From an uncultured Bacteroidales bacterium (GTDB lineage: Bacteria > Bacteroidota > Bacteroidia > Bacteroidales > WCHB1-69), in the NCBI GenBank assembly GCA_934699095.1, contig CAKUVI010000001.1:320890-384889 (forward strand): a DNA stretch of 64,000 nucleotides, written 5' to 3'. Positions 1 through 9,472 of the stretch are shown here, in pieces. Within the stretch, counting starts at the first letter, position 1; every line of letters starts with the position of its first letter. The notes under the pieces were generated by a model. It searched no databases. It was not told the DNA's origin and saw nothing but the letters and a program-made list of their open reading frames with translations. Both the position numbers and the translations under genes were made by a program.

Positions 1-105
1 CGCTTCAAGGCCGCGGGCACTTACCATCTTACCGTTTACCGTCGCGCCGAAAAAGCCGACAACTATGGCTTTAAAGAACTCACAGCCAAGGTTAAACCCT
101 CTTAA
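1..105 (+). CDS. 3' end of an unidentified CDS (partial, starts outside the window)
   Basis: Frame 1 is open from the window edge to TAA at 103-105 (..RFKAAGTYHLTVYRRAEKADNYGFKELTAKVKPS*). No motif recognised. Confidence 0.3.
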   Translation, partial: RFKAAGTYHLTVYRRAEKADNYGFKELTAKVKPS

Positions 106-371
106 AAGACAATACCCTGTAGTCTTTTTGCCAATCAATTAGCCACCACGAAATAAACAAGGTCTGTCGTGATGTAGGGCGACTGTGCCTGATGTTTTGT
201 TACGGGAAATCATGTCACCTTGTCCAATTCTATTCCTAATTTTGTGGTCATGTATCTTCTCGTTAAGTTATTCTTTTGTATGGTATTTTTTTTTTGACTT
301 CTTGATAATCAGGTAGCTAAAACTTATTTTGGCCAAAAATAATTTAGGGTGTGATGTATCAGAAAAAAATG

Positions 372-379
372 TATTTTTG
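372..379 (+). promoter_or_regulatory. Bacteroidota -7 promoter box (TATTTTTG) for acpP
   Basis: Exact TAnnTTTG match 27 nt upstream of the acpP ATG. Confidence 0.5.
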
Positions 380-405
380 CCGTCAAATTTTAAAATTCGA
401 AGATT

Positions 406-648
406 ATGTCAGAAATTTTAGAAAAAGTACAATCCATCATTGCTGATAAGTTAAGTATGGATGTTGCTGAAATCACTCCAGATAAGAGTTTTACAAACGA
501 CTTAGGAGCAGATTCATTGGACACAGTAGAACTGATCATGGAATTTGAGAACGCTTTTGGCGTCAAGTTCCCTGAGGAAGAAGCAGAAAATATTTCAACA
601 GTAGGTGATGCTGTTGCCTTTATTGAAAATCTTCTCAAATCCAAGTAG
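406..648 (+). CDS. acpP: acyl carrier protein
   Basis: 80 aa with the phosphopantetheine attachment motif GADSLDTVEL. Lies immediately upstream of fabF. Confidence 0.95.
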   Translation: MSEILEKVQSIIADKLSMDVAEITPDKSFTNDLGADSLDTVELIMEFENAFGVKFPEEEAENISTVGDAVAFIENLLKSK

Positions 649-672
649 AATCGTTTACAAGATACGTTTGTG

Positions 673-1923
673 ATGAACCTCAAACGCGTTGTTGTAACAG
701 GATTGGGTGCAATAACACCCATAGGTAAAAATGTGGCTGAGTATTGGAGCAACCTTTTAAAGGGGGTGTCCGGTGCCGGCCATATTTCTTACTTCGATAC
801 CTCGAAGTTCAAGACTAAATTTGCATGTGAACTGAAGGGTTACGAGCCACGCGACTATTTCGAGCAGAAGGAGTTGTCGAAGTTGGACCGTTGTGCTCAA
901 TATGCGCTTATCAGTGTCAAAGAGGCTCTTGAGGACTCTGGTTTAGACTTAGACAAGGCTGATAAGGACAGAATAGGTGTGATTTTCGGCACGGGCATAG
1001 GCGGATTGACCTCCTCTGAAGAGGCGGTTCAGAGCTATATGGTGCAGGAAAAGACCCCCAGGTTCAGTCCATATCATCTTCTGAGAGTGCTTCCAAATAC
1101 TGTCTCAGGGGCTGTGGCGCTGAAATACGGCTTCGCTGGCCCTAATTATGTCACGTCGTCGGCGTGCGCCTCGTCGGCAAATGCCATCCTCGACGCCTGC
1201 TATGCTGTGGCTCTCGGGATCTCCGACATTGTAGTCACTGGAGGGTCGGAGTCTTCCATCAATGAGTTGGCTATAGGGGGCTTCAACGCGATGCGCGCCC
1301 TGTCAACCAGGAACGATGATCCGCAAGGTGCGAGCCGTCCGTTCGACAGAGACCGTGACGGATTCGTGATGGGGGAGGGCGCAGCCACCCTTATTCTTGA
1401 AAACCTCGACAGTGCTGTCCAGCGCAACGCCAAGATATATGGTGAAGTGATAGGGGTTGGTATGTCGGCCGACACTTTCCATATAGCCGCTCCAGAACCT
1501 AACGGTCACGCTGCCGTCACATCCATGATCAACGCACTTAAATCTGCCCATATCCGTCCGGAACAGATCGACTATATCAACACTCACGGTACATCTACCC
1601 CGTTAGGCGACCTCTCCGAATGCCGCGCCATAGAAAAAGTGTTCGGTGATTATTCGCCTAAAATCGCCATCAATTCTACTAAATCTATGACTGGACATCT
1701 GCTCGGAGCTGGTCCGGCTGTTGAAAGTGTCGCAATCCTTTGCTCAATGAGAGACAGTCTCGTTCATCCTACAATAAATCTCCATAACCTTGATCTAAGC
1801 ATACCGCAAAATTGGAACTTCGTGTCTGGTGAGGCTCAGACCTGCGATGTTAACTTCGCGCTAACCAACTCCTTTGGCTTCGGAGGTCACAATGTATCAC
1901 TGGTATATCAAAAGTTCAAGTAG
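673..1923 (+). CDS. fabF: beta-ketoacyl-ACP synthase II
   Basis: Active-site context SSACASSANAI, plus NTHGTSTPLGD and a C-terminal GFGGHN. The ORF track begins at GTG 670; ATG at 673 is the likelier start. Confidence 0.95.
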   Translation: MNLKRVVVTGLGAITPIGKNVAEYWSNLLKGVSGAGHISYFDTSKFKTKFACELKGYEPRDYFEQKELSKLDRCAQYALISVKEALEDSGLDLDKADKDRIGVIFGTGIGGLTSSEEAVQSYMVQEKTPRFSPYHLLRVLPNTVSGAVALKYGFAGPNYVTSSACASSANAILDACYAVALGISDIVVTGGSESSINELAIGGFNAMRALSTRNDDPQGASRPFDRDRDGFVMGEGAATLILENLDSAVQRNAKIYGEVIGVGMSADTFHIAAPEPNGHAAVTSMINALKSAHIRPEQIDYINTHGTSTPLGDLSECRAIEKVFGDYSPKIAINSTKSMTGHLLGAGPAVESVAILCSMRDSLVHPTINLHNLDLSIPQNWNFVSGEAQTCDVNFALTNSFGFGGHNVSLVYQKFK

Positions 1924-1926
1924 AAA

Positions 1927-2622
1927 ATGGAGTTGTCAGACAAACAAATCCGTTCTTATTTCAAGAATATTTTCGGGTTTAGAGTGCGGCACGTGGATCT
2001 TTACCGCACGGCTCTTTTGCATAAATCACTTCACTCGTCAACAAATATTGGGACCAAGAACAATAATGAACGTCTTGAGTTTCTGGGAGATGCAGTCTTA
2101 GGCGCTATTGTGGCGGATTTCCTCTGCCATAAGTACCCTATGGAATCCGAAGGTGTGCTTACACAGATGCGTTCCAAGATGGTCAATCGTGGACGCCTCA
2201 ACGAACTTGCACGCAAACTCGGCCTCCATCAGATGATCACTGCGAACGGGATTATGCAGACCTCGAATATCAACGGAAACGCTTTTGAGGCTGTCGTTGG
2301 GGCCATGTACCGCGATTGCGGCTACAAAAAAACTGCAGATATCATCATCAACAAGATTTTTACCGTCCATTACGATATTGATGAGATCTTTGAGGAAAAC
2401 AAAGACTTCAAAAGCCAGTTGCTTATATGGTCACAGCAAAAGAAGCACACCACTGTGTTTACCCACGAGACAGTGCCAGATGAAAAACATGAGCTCTTCA
2501 AGGCATTTGTTGAAATTGATGGCAAAACAGTGTCGGAAGGTGTCAGCACTTCTGTGAAACGCGCGGAACAGCGTGCAGCCGAGATAGCAATGTCCCAGTT
2601 GGATGTTTTTGGAGGAAAATGA
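1927..2622 (+). CDS. rnc: ribonuclease III
   Basis: RNase III signature ERLEFLGDAVLG with a C-terminal dsRBD-like tail (KRAEQRAAEIA). Conserved fabF-rnc synteny. Confidence 0.9.
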   Translation: MELSDKQIRSYFKNIFGFRVRHVDLYRTALLHKSLHSSTNIGTKNNNERLEFLGDAVLGAIVADFLCHKYPMESEGVLTQMRSKMVNRGRLNELARKLGLHQMITANGIMQTSNINGNAFEAVVGAMYRDCGYKKTADIIINKIFTVHYDIDEIFEENKDFKSQLLIWSQQKKHTTVFTHETVPDEKHELFKAFVEIDGKTVSEGVSTSVKRAEQRAAEIAMSQLDVFGGK

Positions 2623-2643
2623 TTCCCCCATTCTTTTTTTTTG

Positions 2644-2651
2644 TAAATTTG
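2644..2651 (+). promoter_or_regulatory. -7 promoter box (TAAATTTG)
   Basis: TAnnTTTG match 23 nt upstream of the ATG at 2674. Confidence 0.45.
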
Positions 2652-2673
2652 CGCTCTTTTTAGAAGTTAGGAT

Positions 2674-3318
2674 ATGAAAAAGTATCTCGTGTGTTTTTTA
2701 TTGTCAGTTGCTACTCTTTTTGTTGGAGCCCAACAAATTGCCCTTCTGAAATACAATGGCGGCGGCGACTGGTATGCAAACCCGACATCGTTGCCGAATC
2801 TGATAAAATTCTGCAATCAGCAACTGGGGATGTCGCTCGATGCCAAACCTGCAACGGTGGAAGTTGGCAGCGCCGATATCTTCCGATATCCGTTTGTACA
2901 TATGACAGGTCACGGAAATGTCAGCTTCTCTGACGCTGAGGCTGAAAATCTTCGGAACTATCTCATCGCCGGCGGCTTCCTGCATGCAGATGATAACTAC
3001 GGAATGTCAACATATATCAGATCCCAGATGAAGAAAGTGTTTCCAGAACTCGAACTTGTAGAACTTCCGTTCAATCACCCGATATTCCACCAGAAGTACA
3101 ATTTTCCCAACGGTCTGCCTAAAATCCATGAGCATGACTACAAGCCACCGCAGGCATTCGCCCTATTTTGGGAAGGCAGAATGGTATTCCTTTTTACTTA
3201 CGAGTGTGACCTCGGTGACGGTTGGGAAGATTACATTGTACACAAAGATTCGGAAGCCACCCGAACCAAGGCTCTCCAGATGGGGGCTAATATCATTCAG
3301 TACGTTTTTACCAACTAA
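2674..3318 (+). CDS. DUF4159 domain-containing protein
   Basis: Signal peptide, then IALLKYNGGGDWYANPTSLPNL, which I recall as the DUF4159 N-terminal hallmark. Confidence 0.65.
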   Translation: MKKYLVCFLLSVATLFVGAQQIALLKYNGGGDWYANPTSLPNLIKFCNQQLGMSLDAKPATVEVGSADIFRYPFVHMTGHGNVSFSDAEAENLRNYLIAGGFLHADDNYGMSTYIRSQMKKVFPELELVELPFNHPIFHQKYNFPNGLPKIHEHDYKPPQAFALFWEGRMVFLFTYECDLGDGWEDYIVHKDSEATRTKALQMGANIIQYVFTN

Positions 3319-3332
3319 TTGATAGATAGAAT

Positions 3333-4178
3333 ATGAAATTGATCAAATCTTTGTCTTCAGTTTTATTTTGTTGTCTCTGCTTGACATCGTTCGCACAAAA
3401 GCAGAGTGATTCAGTGTCAGTGATTTCTTTCAATATCCGTCTGAATACTGCAGATGACGGAGTGAACATCTGGGATAACCGCAAGGCAAATGTTCTGAAT
3501 ATGGTGAACGTTGAAAATCCTGATTTTCTGTGCATACAAGAGGCCTATTTTGTGCAACTTGACTATCTTGACAAAAACCTTAAGGATTTTTCATATATCG
3601 GAGTTGGCAGAGACGACGGTGAACACGGTGGTGAGCATATGGCTATTCTGTATAATAAAAAACGTTTCAAAGTTGAAGATCATGGCGATTTTTGGCTGAG
3701 TGAAACGCCTGATGTATGCTCTCGGGGTTGGGACGCTGCCTGCCATAGGATTGTGACATGGGGCTATTTTGTTGACAATCAAACAGGCAAACATGTTTAC
3801 TGCTTTAATACGCACTTAGACCATGTGGGTGAGGTTGCGCGTCGCGAATCTTTGAAACTGATATCCAAACGCATAAAAACGATTGTTAAAGATAAAAAAG
3901 CACCTGTTTTCCTCACAGGAGACTTTAATTCGGATATCAATAATGAAATCTTCGATCCTCTGAAGAAAATTATGAAGCAGGCCCGTAAGGATGCGCCAGT
4001 TACAGACAATAAGGGAACTTTCAACGGATGGGGCTCAGCACCTAACAACATTGTTATCGACCATATTTTTTACAATAATGCCAAACCGATTTTCTTCAAG
4101 ACATTGAATCAAAACATATATGGCCGTCAGCTGATCTCCGACCACTATCCAATCAAGGCTGTTTTTGTGGGAAAATAA
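3333..4178 (+). CDS. secreted endonuclease/exonuclease/phosphatase (EEP) family protein
   Basis: Signal peptide, ISFNIR near the N-terminus, and C-terminal SDHYPI typical of the EEP fold. Confidence 0.8.
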   Translation: MKLIKSLSSVLFCCLCLTSFAQKQSDSVSVISFNIRLNTADDGVNIWDNRKANVLNMVNVENPDFLCIQEAYFVQLDYLDKNLKDFSYIGVGRDDGEHGGEHMAILYNKKRFKVEDHGDFWLSETPDVCSRGWDAACHRIVTWGYFVDNQTGKHVYCFNTHLDHVGEVARRESLKLISKRIKTIVKDKKAPVFLTGDFNSDINNEIFDPLKKIMKQARKDAPVTDNKGTFNGWGSAPNNIVIDHIFYNNAKPIFFKTLNQNIYGRQLISDHYPIKAVFVGK

Positions 4179-4181
4179 AGT

Positions 4182-5564
4182 TTAGCGGTTGCAAAGGTAG
4201 TGGGCTGCAATCATGCTTACAACCTCCTTCTCGCGATAATCAGATAGTTTTATGGTGTAATATCTGTCGTAGTCTTGGTGTAAAACACACAAGATCATTG
4301 ATGAAATATGCATTCCGTATTCATGCTCCAAAATATATTTGTAAAAGCTTTGTTGCAGCTCGTAGTGATAATAGCTTGAGTTTTCCAAATGTGAAAGTAT
4401 GGACAGGCCCTTCCCGAAGCCGTATTTCTTCGGATAGCCGTTTACTATAAGGTTTTTGCTGCGTTTCCAGTCAACCATTACAAAATCACCGTTAGGCTTT
4501 TGGAAGAGGGCGTCAACTGTGCCGGCTATGTTAAATTGCGGATAGATGATCTGTTTTTCGGCATCAAAAAATTTCAGTCCACGACGCTCAATCTGTTCTT
4601 TGTAAAAATTCTTGAACAGATCAAATTCTTTGAAATCCTCATTATGCTCTTTGCCTTTAAGGAAAAATTCAATCTGTTCGTGCATTTTTGTGCCGAGTCT
4701 GGAGGGCTCGTTTTTCTTTTCAATAACCTCTTCACGCGTTTTCCCCTGAGCTATAAACTTCTGAATATAAGCCTCTTCGTCGAAATATGGAAAAAATTTC
4801 TCAATCAAGGTTGTAACAGAGATGTAGTTGGCAGCCCCGGAGGTGTCGCGCTCATCGGTGTAAATGTGCTTTTCTTCATTGAAAATAACATTTGGTGCCT
4901 CGGTGTCGCTGTTATGCTCGGTTGAAACAACCGTATTTTCTGCATCTTCAATGAAAAACGGCCTATTGAACCGTTGGATGTGAAGGTACGATTCGCGTCG
5001 GAATTCCTTTTCCCAAGCTATGGCTTCTGTGATGTCCCATCTGTTTTCAGGGTTAAAAATCACGGGCTCAAATTCCTTTTGAATTAGTTCGAGAACAATG
5101 TTCCGAAGCAGTTTGATGCATTCATCAGGTTTCGTGATTATCTGTTCTTCCGAAAAATGGATTACATACCAACCATTATTCTTGAAGAAAATGTCTTTGT
5201 TTTGGTTACTGTAAGATATTTCTCCTGTTACAACATCTTTTGTCCTGTAATTAAGCGGGAAACGATAGTATTGATGATAGGGTTCGTCTATTTCAACAGC
5301 TAAATAAAGATTCAAGTTGCTGTCATATAGTGTGATTTCAGGTTCGTAAGGGGTTGATCTGCCAATAGTTGGAAGAGAAAAACCAATAGATGAACTGATT
5401 GGAAAGTCTGAGTCTTTCAGATGTTCAAAGAATGTCTTTGTAGAGTATGAGAATATATCTGACCGTGAATTATCTGGCAGAGAAACCTTTGAGTCGTGAT
5501 CTGGAGAAACTATGTAAGGATAAATATTGCAATTGCAGTAATTTGTAATATTTGATGTTCTCAT
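4182..5564 (-). CDS. two-module PD-(D/E)xK-like nuclease protein (N-terminal DUF559/Vsr-like, C-terminal Cas4/RecB-like)
   Basis: N-terminal half: LAVEIDEPYH ... NNGWYVIHFSEEQI, matching the ExDx..H / G-W-x-V-x-R/H-F pattern of DUF559-type endonucleases. C-terminal half: HIYTD..YISVTT, GTKMHEQIE, VDALF..VMVDWKRSK and YELQQSFY (D/DxK/QxxxY). Confidence 0.6.
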   Translation of the reverse strand: MRTSNITNYCNCNIYPYIVSPDHDSKVSLPDNSRSDIFSYSTKTFFEHLKDSDFPISSSIGFSLPTIGRSTPYEPEITLYDSNLNLYLAVEIDEPYHQYYRFPLNYRTKDVVTGEISYSNQNKDIFFKNNGWYVIHFSEEQIITKPDECIKLLRNIVLELIQKEFEPVIFNPENRWDITEAIAWEKEFRRESYLHIQRFNRPFFIEDAENTVVSTEHNSDTEAPNVIFNEEKHIYTDERDTSGAANYISVTTLIEKFFPYFDEEAYIQKFIAQGKTREEVIEKKNEPSRLGTKMHEQIEFFLKGKEHNEDFKEFDLFKNFYKEQIERRGLKFFDAEKQIIYPQFNIAGTVDALFQKPNGDFVMVDWKRSKNLIVNGYPKKYGFGKGLSILSHLENSSYYHYELQQSFYKYILEHEYGMHISSMILCVLHQDYDRYYTIKLSDYREKEVVSMIAAHYLCNR

Positions 5565-5573
5565 GGTTTCAAA

Positions 5574-6074
5574 TTATTGGTGATTTTTAGTGTTATCTTC
5601 TACAAAATTTTCCAGAACGATGCCGAAATTGCTTATTCCCATCAAAGTGTCGGTTCTCATGCCATGTGTTACCGTGAAGGTGTATTCACCGTTGAAGGGG
5701 AATCTGACTTTGGGTTGGAAGAGGAACTTGTTGTCTTTGAGACGTCCGTGACCTTTACCGGTCCAGTTTCCGAATTTGTCGCAAAGGATGAAACCTAAAG
5801 TGTCTTGCTCTGTGTGGCCGTCGGGGTATTGGGTCTTCATGAACACATACAGGTTTTGGGTTTCGAAATCGGTTGTATTTCTCACGAGGAAGTACATATT
5901 GAAATACTGCATCGAGTCTTCGATGTTAAGTTTGAAGGTCAGCGGGGCGTCGATGGCCCATTTCTCTTTTGGTATAGATTGCACTTCACTGTAGTAGTTT
6001 TTCTTGGTACAGGAGCAGAGTGTTGCAATCGTAAGTGATAAAATGAGTGTTTTATGTAAAATATTCATAATCAA
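5574..6074 (-). CDS. gldH: gliding-motility/T9SS-associated lipoprotein GldH
   Basis: Lipobox LCSC. Size (~160 aa) and sequence pattern (W..PL.F...I.D....YN..F.VRN...Y...NL) recalled as the GldH family. Confidence 0.7.
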   Translation of the reverse strand: MIMNILHKTLILSLTIATLCSCTKKNYYSEVQSIPKEKWAIDAPLTFKLNIEDSMQYFNMYFLVRNTTDFETQNLYVFMKTQYPDGHTEQDTLGFILCDKFGNWTGKGHGRLKDNKFLFQPKVRFPFNGEYTFTVTHGMRTDTLMGISNFGIVLENFVEDNTKNHQ

Positions 6075-7459
6075 GAATCTGCAATATGTTTAAGTTCATC
6101 AGGGGTAGCTGTGTTGCCCTCTTCCATCTTCCTTTGGTTCACGATGGCGAAGTCCTCAAGTTTTTCAGGTTGTTTTCCTTGTTCGTTGAGTTTGATTATG
6201 TGTTTGACTTTGTCGAGTGGGATGGAAAAAATGGTAGAAGGGTCGTTTTCGTAGGAGTACCATACCAATTTTTTGAAGATATCTATCTTGTTGTAGATGC
6301 CTTTTCCCTTTTGGGTTTTGAGGACAACATTAGAAGATGGGAATTCTTGGAGTTCGCGTTGGTAGGTCTCTTGTTCAAAATTGAGGCAGCATTTGAGTTT
6401 GCCGCACATTCCGGCGAGTTTTTGAGGGTTTAGTGAGAGTTGTTGGGTGCGTGCGGTGTTAGTGGAGACGGATTGGAAGTTTGTGAGCCATTGCGAGCAG
6501 CAGAGTTCGCGGCCGCACGACCCTATGCCGCCGAGGCGGGCGGCTTCCTGGCGTACACCAATCTGTCGCATCTCTATTCGGATACGAAATTGTTCGGCCA
6601 ATATCTTGATGAGCTCGCGGAAATCAACGCGCTCTTCAGCTGAATAATAGAAGATGGCTTTTGTTCCATCACCTTGATATTCAACATCATTGACCTTCAT
6701 CTTGAGGTTCAAATCCCAAGCGGTATAGCGGGAGGAAAGCATCGTGGTGTACTCTTTGTCAACGGTGGCTATCCACTCTTCGATGTCTGCATAACGTGCG
6801 TGACGGTACAGCTTCTTTGTCACATTTTCGATATTGACGTGTTTTGCCTGCATCTGGCGTTGCACCTGCATGCCCAGCATTGAGATGATGCCTATGTCAT
6901 GGCCTGGATTGGCCTCAACAGCAACAATGTCACCCACTTTGAATACAGTGTCGGGAGGGAGTAGGAAGAAGTCTTTGTGACTGTTTTTGAATCTTACTTC
7001 AGCAATGGGGAAGTCAAGATAGTCGAGACTTATGTTCATTTTCTCAATCCAGTTGTATGAAGGGAGTTTGCATGAGCTGTAGCAGTATTGTTCGCAGTGC
7101 GAGTGCTCAGGATTTGGAGTGTTGTTCAGACCGCGTGTATGGAAGATGTTGGCAGCAATGTCATTGGCTTCGTAAGAAACGCCAGTTCGGATGTCCATAT
7201 CCAAATATTGTTCCCAATCTTCGCCTTGTGGAACGTTGCTTTCCAGGTCCTGACGGTCCAGCTGGTTTATTTTCCGTTTCATGGCCTTGGTCACTTCTTC
7301 AAGTTCCTCAGCCGTCATTGTATCTAAATATTCGCGTTCTTCGTCATTTTCGGATTCGTTGTGCACGAGTTCGGGATCTTTGAGCAGACGTTCACCGTTT
7401 ACTTTCGGTTTCGGGCGTCTCTTATCGTTTCTTCTGTTTTTATTATTGTCGTTCTTCAT
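6071..7459 (-). CDS. PSP1 domain protein (RicT/YaaT-like)
   Basis: PSP1 C-terminal domain with the Cys-rich stretch GGIGSCGRELCCSQWL...GMCGKLKCCLNFE. Start moved to MKNDNN at 7459 because a -7 box sits at 7476-7483, inside the longer ORF. Confidence 0.8.
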   Translation of the reverse strand: MKNDNNKNRRNDKRRPKPKVNGERLLKDPELVHNESENDEEREYLDTMTAEELEEVTKAMKRKINQLDRQDLESNVPQGEDWEQYLDMDIRTGVSYEANDIAANIFHTRGLNNTPNPEHSHCEQYCYSSCKLPSYNWIEKMNISLDYLDFPIAEVRFKNSHKDFFLLPPDTVFKVGDIVAVEANPGHDIGIISMLGMQVQRQMQAKHVNIENVTKKLYRHARYADIEEWIATVDKEYTTMLSSRYTAWDLNLKMKVNDVEYQGDGTKAIFYYSAEERVDFRELIKILAEQFRIRIEMRQIGVRQEAARLGGIGSCGRELCCSQWLTNFQSVSTNTARTQQLSLNPQKLAGMCGKLKCCLNFEQETYQRELQEFPSSNVVLKTQKGKGIYNKIDIFKKLVWYSYENDPSTIFSIPLDKVKHIIKLNEQGKQPEKLEDFAIVNQRKMEEGNTATPDELKHIADS

Positions 7460-7475
7460 TTTCAAAAAAATTGTG

Positions 7476-7483
7476 CAAAGATA
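7476..7483 (-). promoter_or_regulatory. -7 promoter box (TATCTTTG on the minus strand)
   Basis: Exact TAnnTTTG 17 nt upstream of the ATG at 7459. Confidence 0.5.
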
Positions 7484-7515
7484 CAAAAAAAGAGTTTGAT
7501 GAGATACAACGAGTT

Positions 7516-7911
7516 TCACTCGGTTGTAGTTTCAGTTTCTGACAGTGCTTGTTCGTTGCGTTTGTTGATGATGATTGCAGATGCGTCGTTCAGCAGTTTT
7601 TCGGCCGATTTCTCTTCACTCACGTAGTATGCGATAGATGATTCGAACTGTTCGTTGGTTATTTTGTATCTGTCGAACAGGTCTTTATAGTAGCGTCGTG
7701 CAAGTTCGTCCTTGGGAATTGTGTCGTCGGGTGTCATCTGCAGTGTGCTTTCGATGAGGTAGCTTTCGGCAAGTATGTTGACGAGGGTGATTCTGTTGAT
7801 TAGGTGTTCAGGCCGTTCCATGACCTGCTTTTTGCTTTTGCAGCCGGCAAAAAACGTCAATAGCGCAACGAGTATGAGTGTTATAGGTCTTAATTTTTTC
7901 ATTTTTGGCAT
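7516..7911 (-). CDS. DUF4296-like lipoprotein
   Basis: Lipobox FFAGC. Small helical protein in the position usually held by DUF4296 in Bacteroidota; family assignment is from memory. Confidence 0.45.
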   Translation of the reverse strand: MPKMKKLRPITLILVALLTFFAGCKSKKQVMERPEHLINRITLVNILAESYLIESTLQMTPDDTIPKDELARRYYKDLFDRYKITNEQFESSIAYYVSEEKSAEKLLNDASAIIINKRNEQALSETETTTE

Positions 7912-7912
7912 G

Positions 7913-9337
7913 TTAGGTTAAAGGTTCCAGACCGAGTTCGCGACCTGTTTCAATCATTTTGTTGAGTGCGGCTTCGCGGGTGTTCTCAATGCAGCCGTCT
8001 AATATGGCGTTGCACACTGCGTCTTTGATTTCACCCACCAATTTGCAGGGCTCAAGGTTGAAAGTGCTCATGATATCTTGTCCGTCGATTGGCGGTTTCC
8101 AGTTGCGAAGACGGTCTTTTTCTTCTATTTCGATGAGTTTTTGTTGTACTATCTCAAAGTTTTGGTGGTAGCGTTTGATTTTTTCGGAGTTTTTTGAGGT
8201 TATGTCGGCCTGGCACAGTAGCATAAGGTCATCTATGTCGTCGCCTGCTTCGAAAAGCAGTCGCCGAACAGCGGAATCCGTTATGTTGTCTTCAACTAAA
8301 GCGATTGGGCGCAGGTGCAGGTTGATGAGTTTTTGTACGTATTTCAGTTTTTCGTTATTTGGAAGATGCAGTCTTTTGAATATCGAGTAGGCCATTTTGG
8401 CACCGAGCACTTCGTGGCCGTGGAAAGACCATCCGTGTATGGGGTCGAAGCGTTTTGTCGCGGGCTTGGCGATGTCGTGTAGTAGTGCGGCCCAGACGAG
8501 CCAAAGGTTAGTGGTTGTCATAGCCACGTTGTCAACCACTTCCAAAGTGTGCAGGTAGTTGTCTTTATGGCCTTTGCCGTTGATTGTCTGGGTGCCTTTC
8601 AGAGCGATCAGTTCAGGGAAGAAGAGTTCCAGCAACCCGCAGTTGTCGAGCATTTTGATGCCTCGTGACGGCCTAATGCAGAGGAGTATCTTGTTGAATT
8701 CCTCCATGATGCGTTCATTGGAAATTATGTTGAGGCGATGAGCGTTGCGTTTGATGGCCTCAAAGGTGTCGGGGTGGATGTTGAAGTTGAGTTGGGTCGC
8801 GAATCTCACGGCGCGCATCATCCTGAGAGGGTCGTCGGAGAAGGTCTTGTCGGGGTCGCAGGGGGTGCGTATAATCTTGTCGGCGATGTCCTGTATGCCG
8901 TTGAACGGGTCGATGAGGTGGTGAATGTTGTCGCCGTTCAGTGCGATGGCCATGGCATTGATAGTGAAGTCGCGGCGCAGCTGGTCGTCCTCAAGGGTGC
9001 CGTCTTCAACAAACGGTTTCCGTGAATCGGAGCTGTATGATTCGCGGCGCGCCCCCACAAATTCGATGATAGAGCCTTCGAAGTTGAACTGTGCTGTGCC
9101 AAAGCTGCGGTAAACATTGACGTTGATGTTTGGGGATATCAGTTCGGCTGTGCGGCGCGCCAACTCTATGCCGCTGCCCACAGTCACTATGTCGATGTCG
9201 GTGTTATGGCGCCGCATTATTATGTCTCTTACAACCCCTCCAACCACGTATGCGTCAACACCAAGCCCATCTGCAGCTCTCCTGACATATTCATACACTG
9301 GGTGCGTTAGATGTTTTTCGTATGTTAAGTCGTTCAC
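7913..9337 (-). CDS. tRNA nucleotidyltransferase (CCA-adding)/poly(A) polymerase family protein with HD domain
   Basis: Head-domain motif YVVGGVVRD..DIDI, plus HD motif LLHDIAKP. Confidence 0.85.
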   Translation of the reverse strand: MNDLTYEKHLTHPVYEYVRRAADGLGVDAYVVGGVVRDIIMRRHNTDIDIVTVGSGIELARRTAELISPNINVNVYRSFGTAQFNFEGSIIEFVGARRESYSSDSRKPFVEDGTLEDDQLRRDFTINAMAIALNGDNIHHLIDPFNGIQDIADKIIRTPCDPDKTFSDDPLRMMRAVRFATQLNFNIHPDTFEAIKRNAHRLNIISNERIMEEFNKILLCIRPSRGIKMLDNCGLLELFFPELIALKGTQTINGKGHKDNYLHTLEVVDNVAMTTTNLWLVWAALLHDIAKPATKRFDPIHGWSFHGHEVLGAKMAYSIFKRLHLPNNEKLKYVQKLINLHLRPIALVEDNITDSAVRRLLFEAGDDIDDLMLLCQADITSKNSEKIKRYHQNFEIVQQKLIEIEEKDRLRNWKPPIDGQDIMSTFNLEPCKLVGEIKDAVCNAILDGCIENTREAALNKMIETGRELGLEPLT

Positions 9338-9407
9338 AGCCCGTAATTTACTATTTTCTTTCTCTATATATTCACTCCACAGTCTGTAACAAGCAGACTG
9401 CGAACCG

Positions 9408-9415
9408 CAAAGATA
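9408..9415 (-). promoter_or_regulatory. -7 promoter box (TATCTTTG on the minus strand)
   Basis: TAnnTTTG match 71 nt upstream of the ATG at 9337. Confidence 0.4.
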
Positions 9416-9472
9416 CTATTTTAATTCAAAGTATCCGTGAAAAAATAGGAGGAAGAGGGAAAAAAGTGCGAA

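Noticed and set aside
390-752. Antisense and shadow ORFs opposite strongly supported genes, for example 390..752(-), 16323..17027(+), 22055..22657(+), 23888..24427(-), 39832..40527(+), 49042..49689(-) and 54278..54865(-).
   Set aside because: Each lies fully inside a gene with clear family motifs on the other strand. Their sequences are low-complexity or biased, with no motifs of their own.
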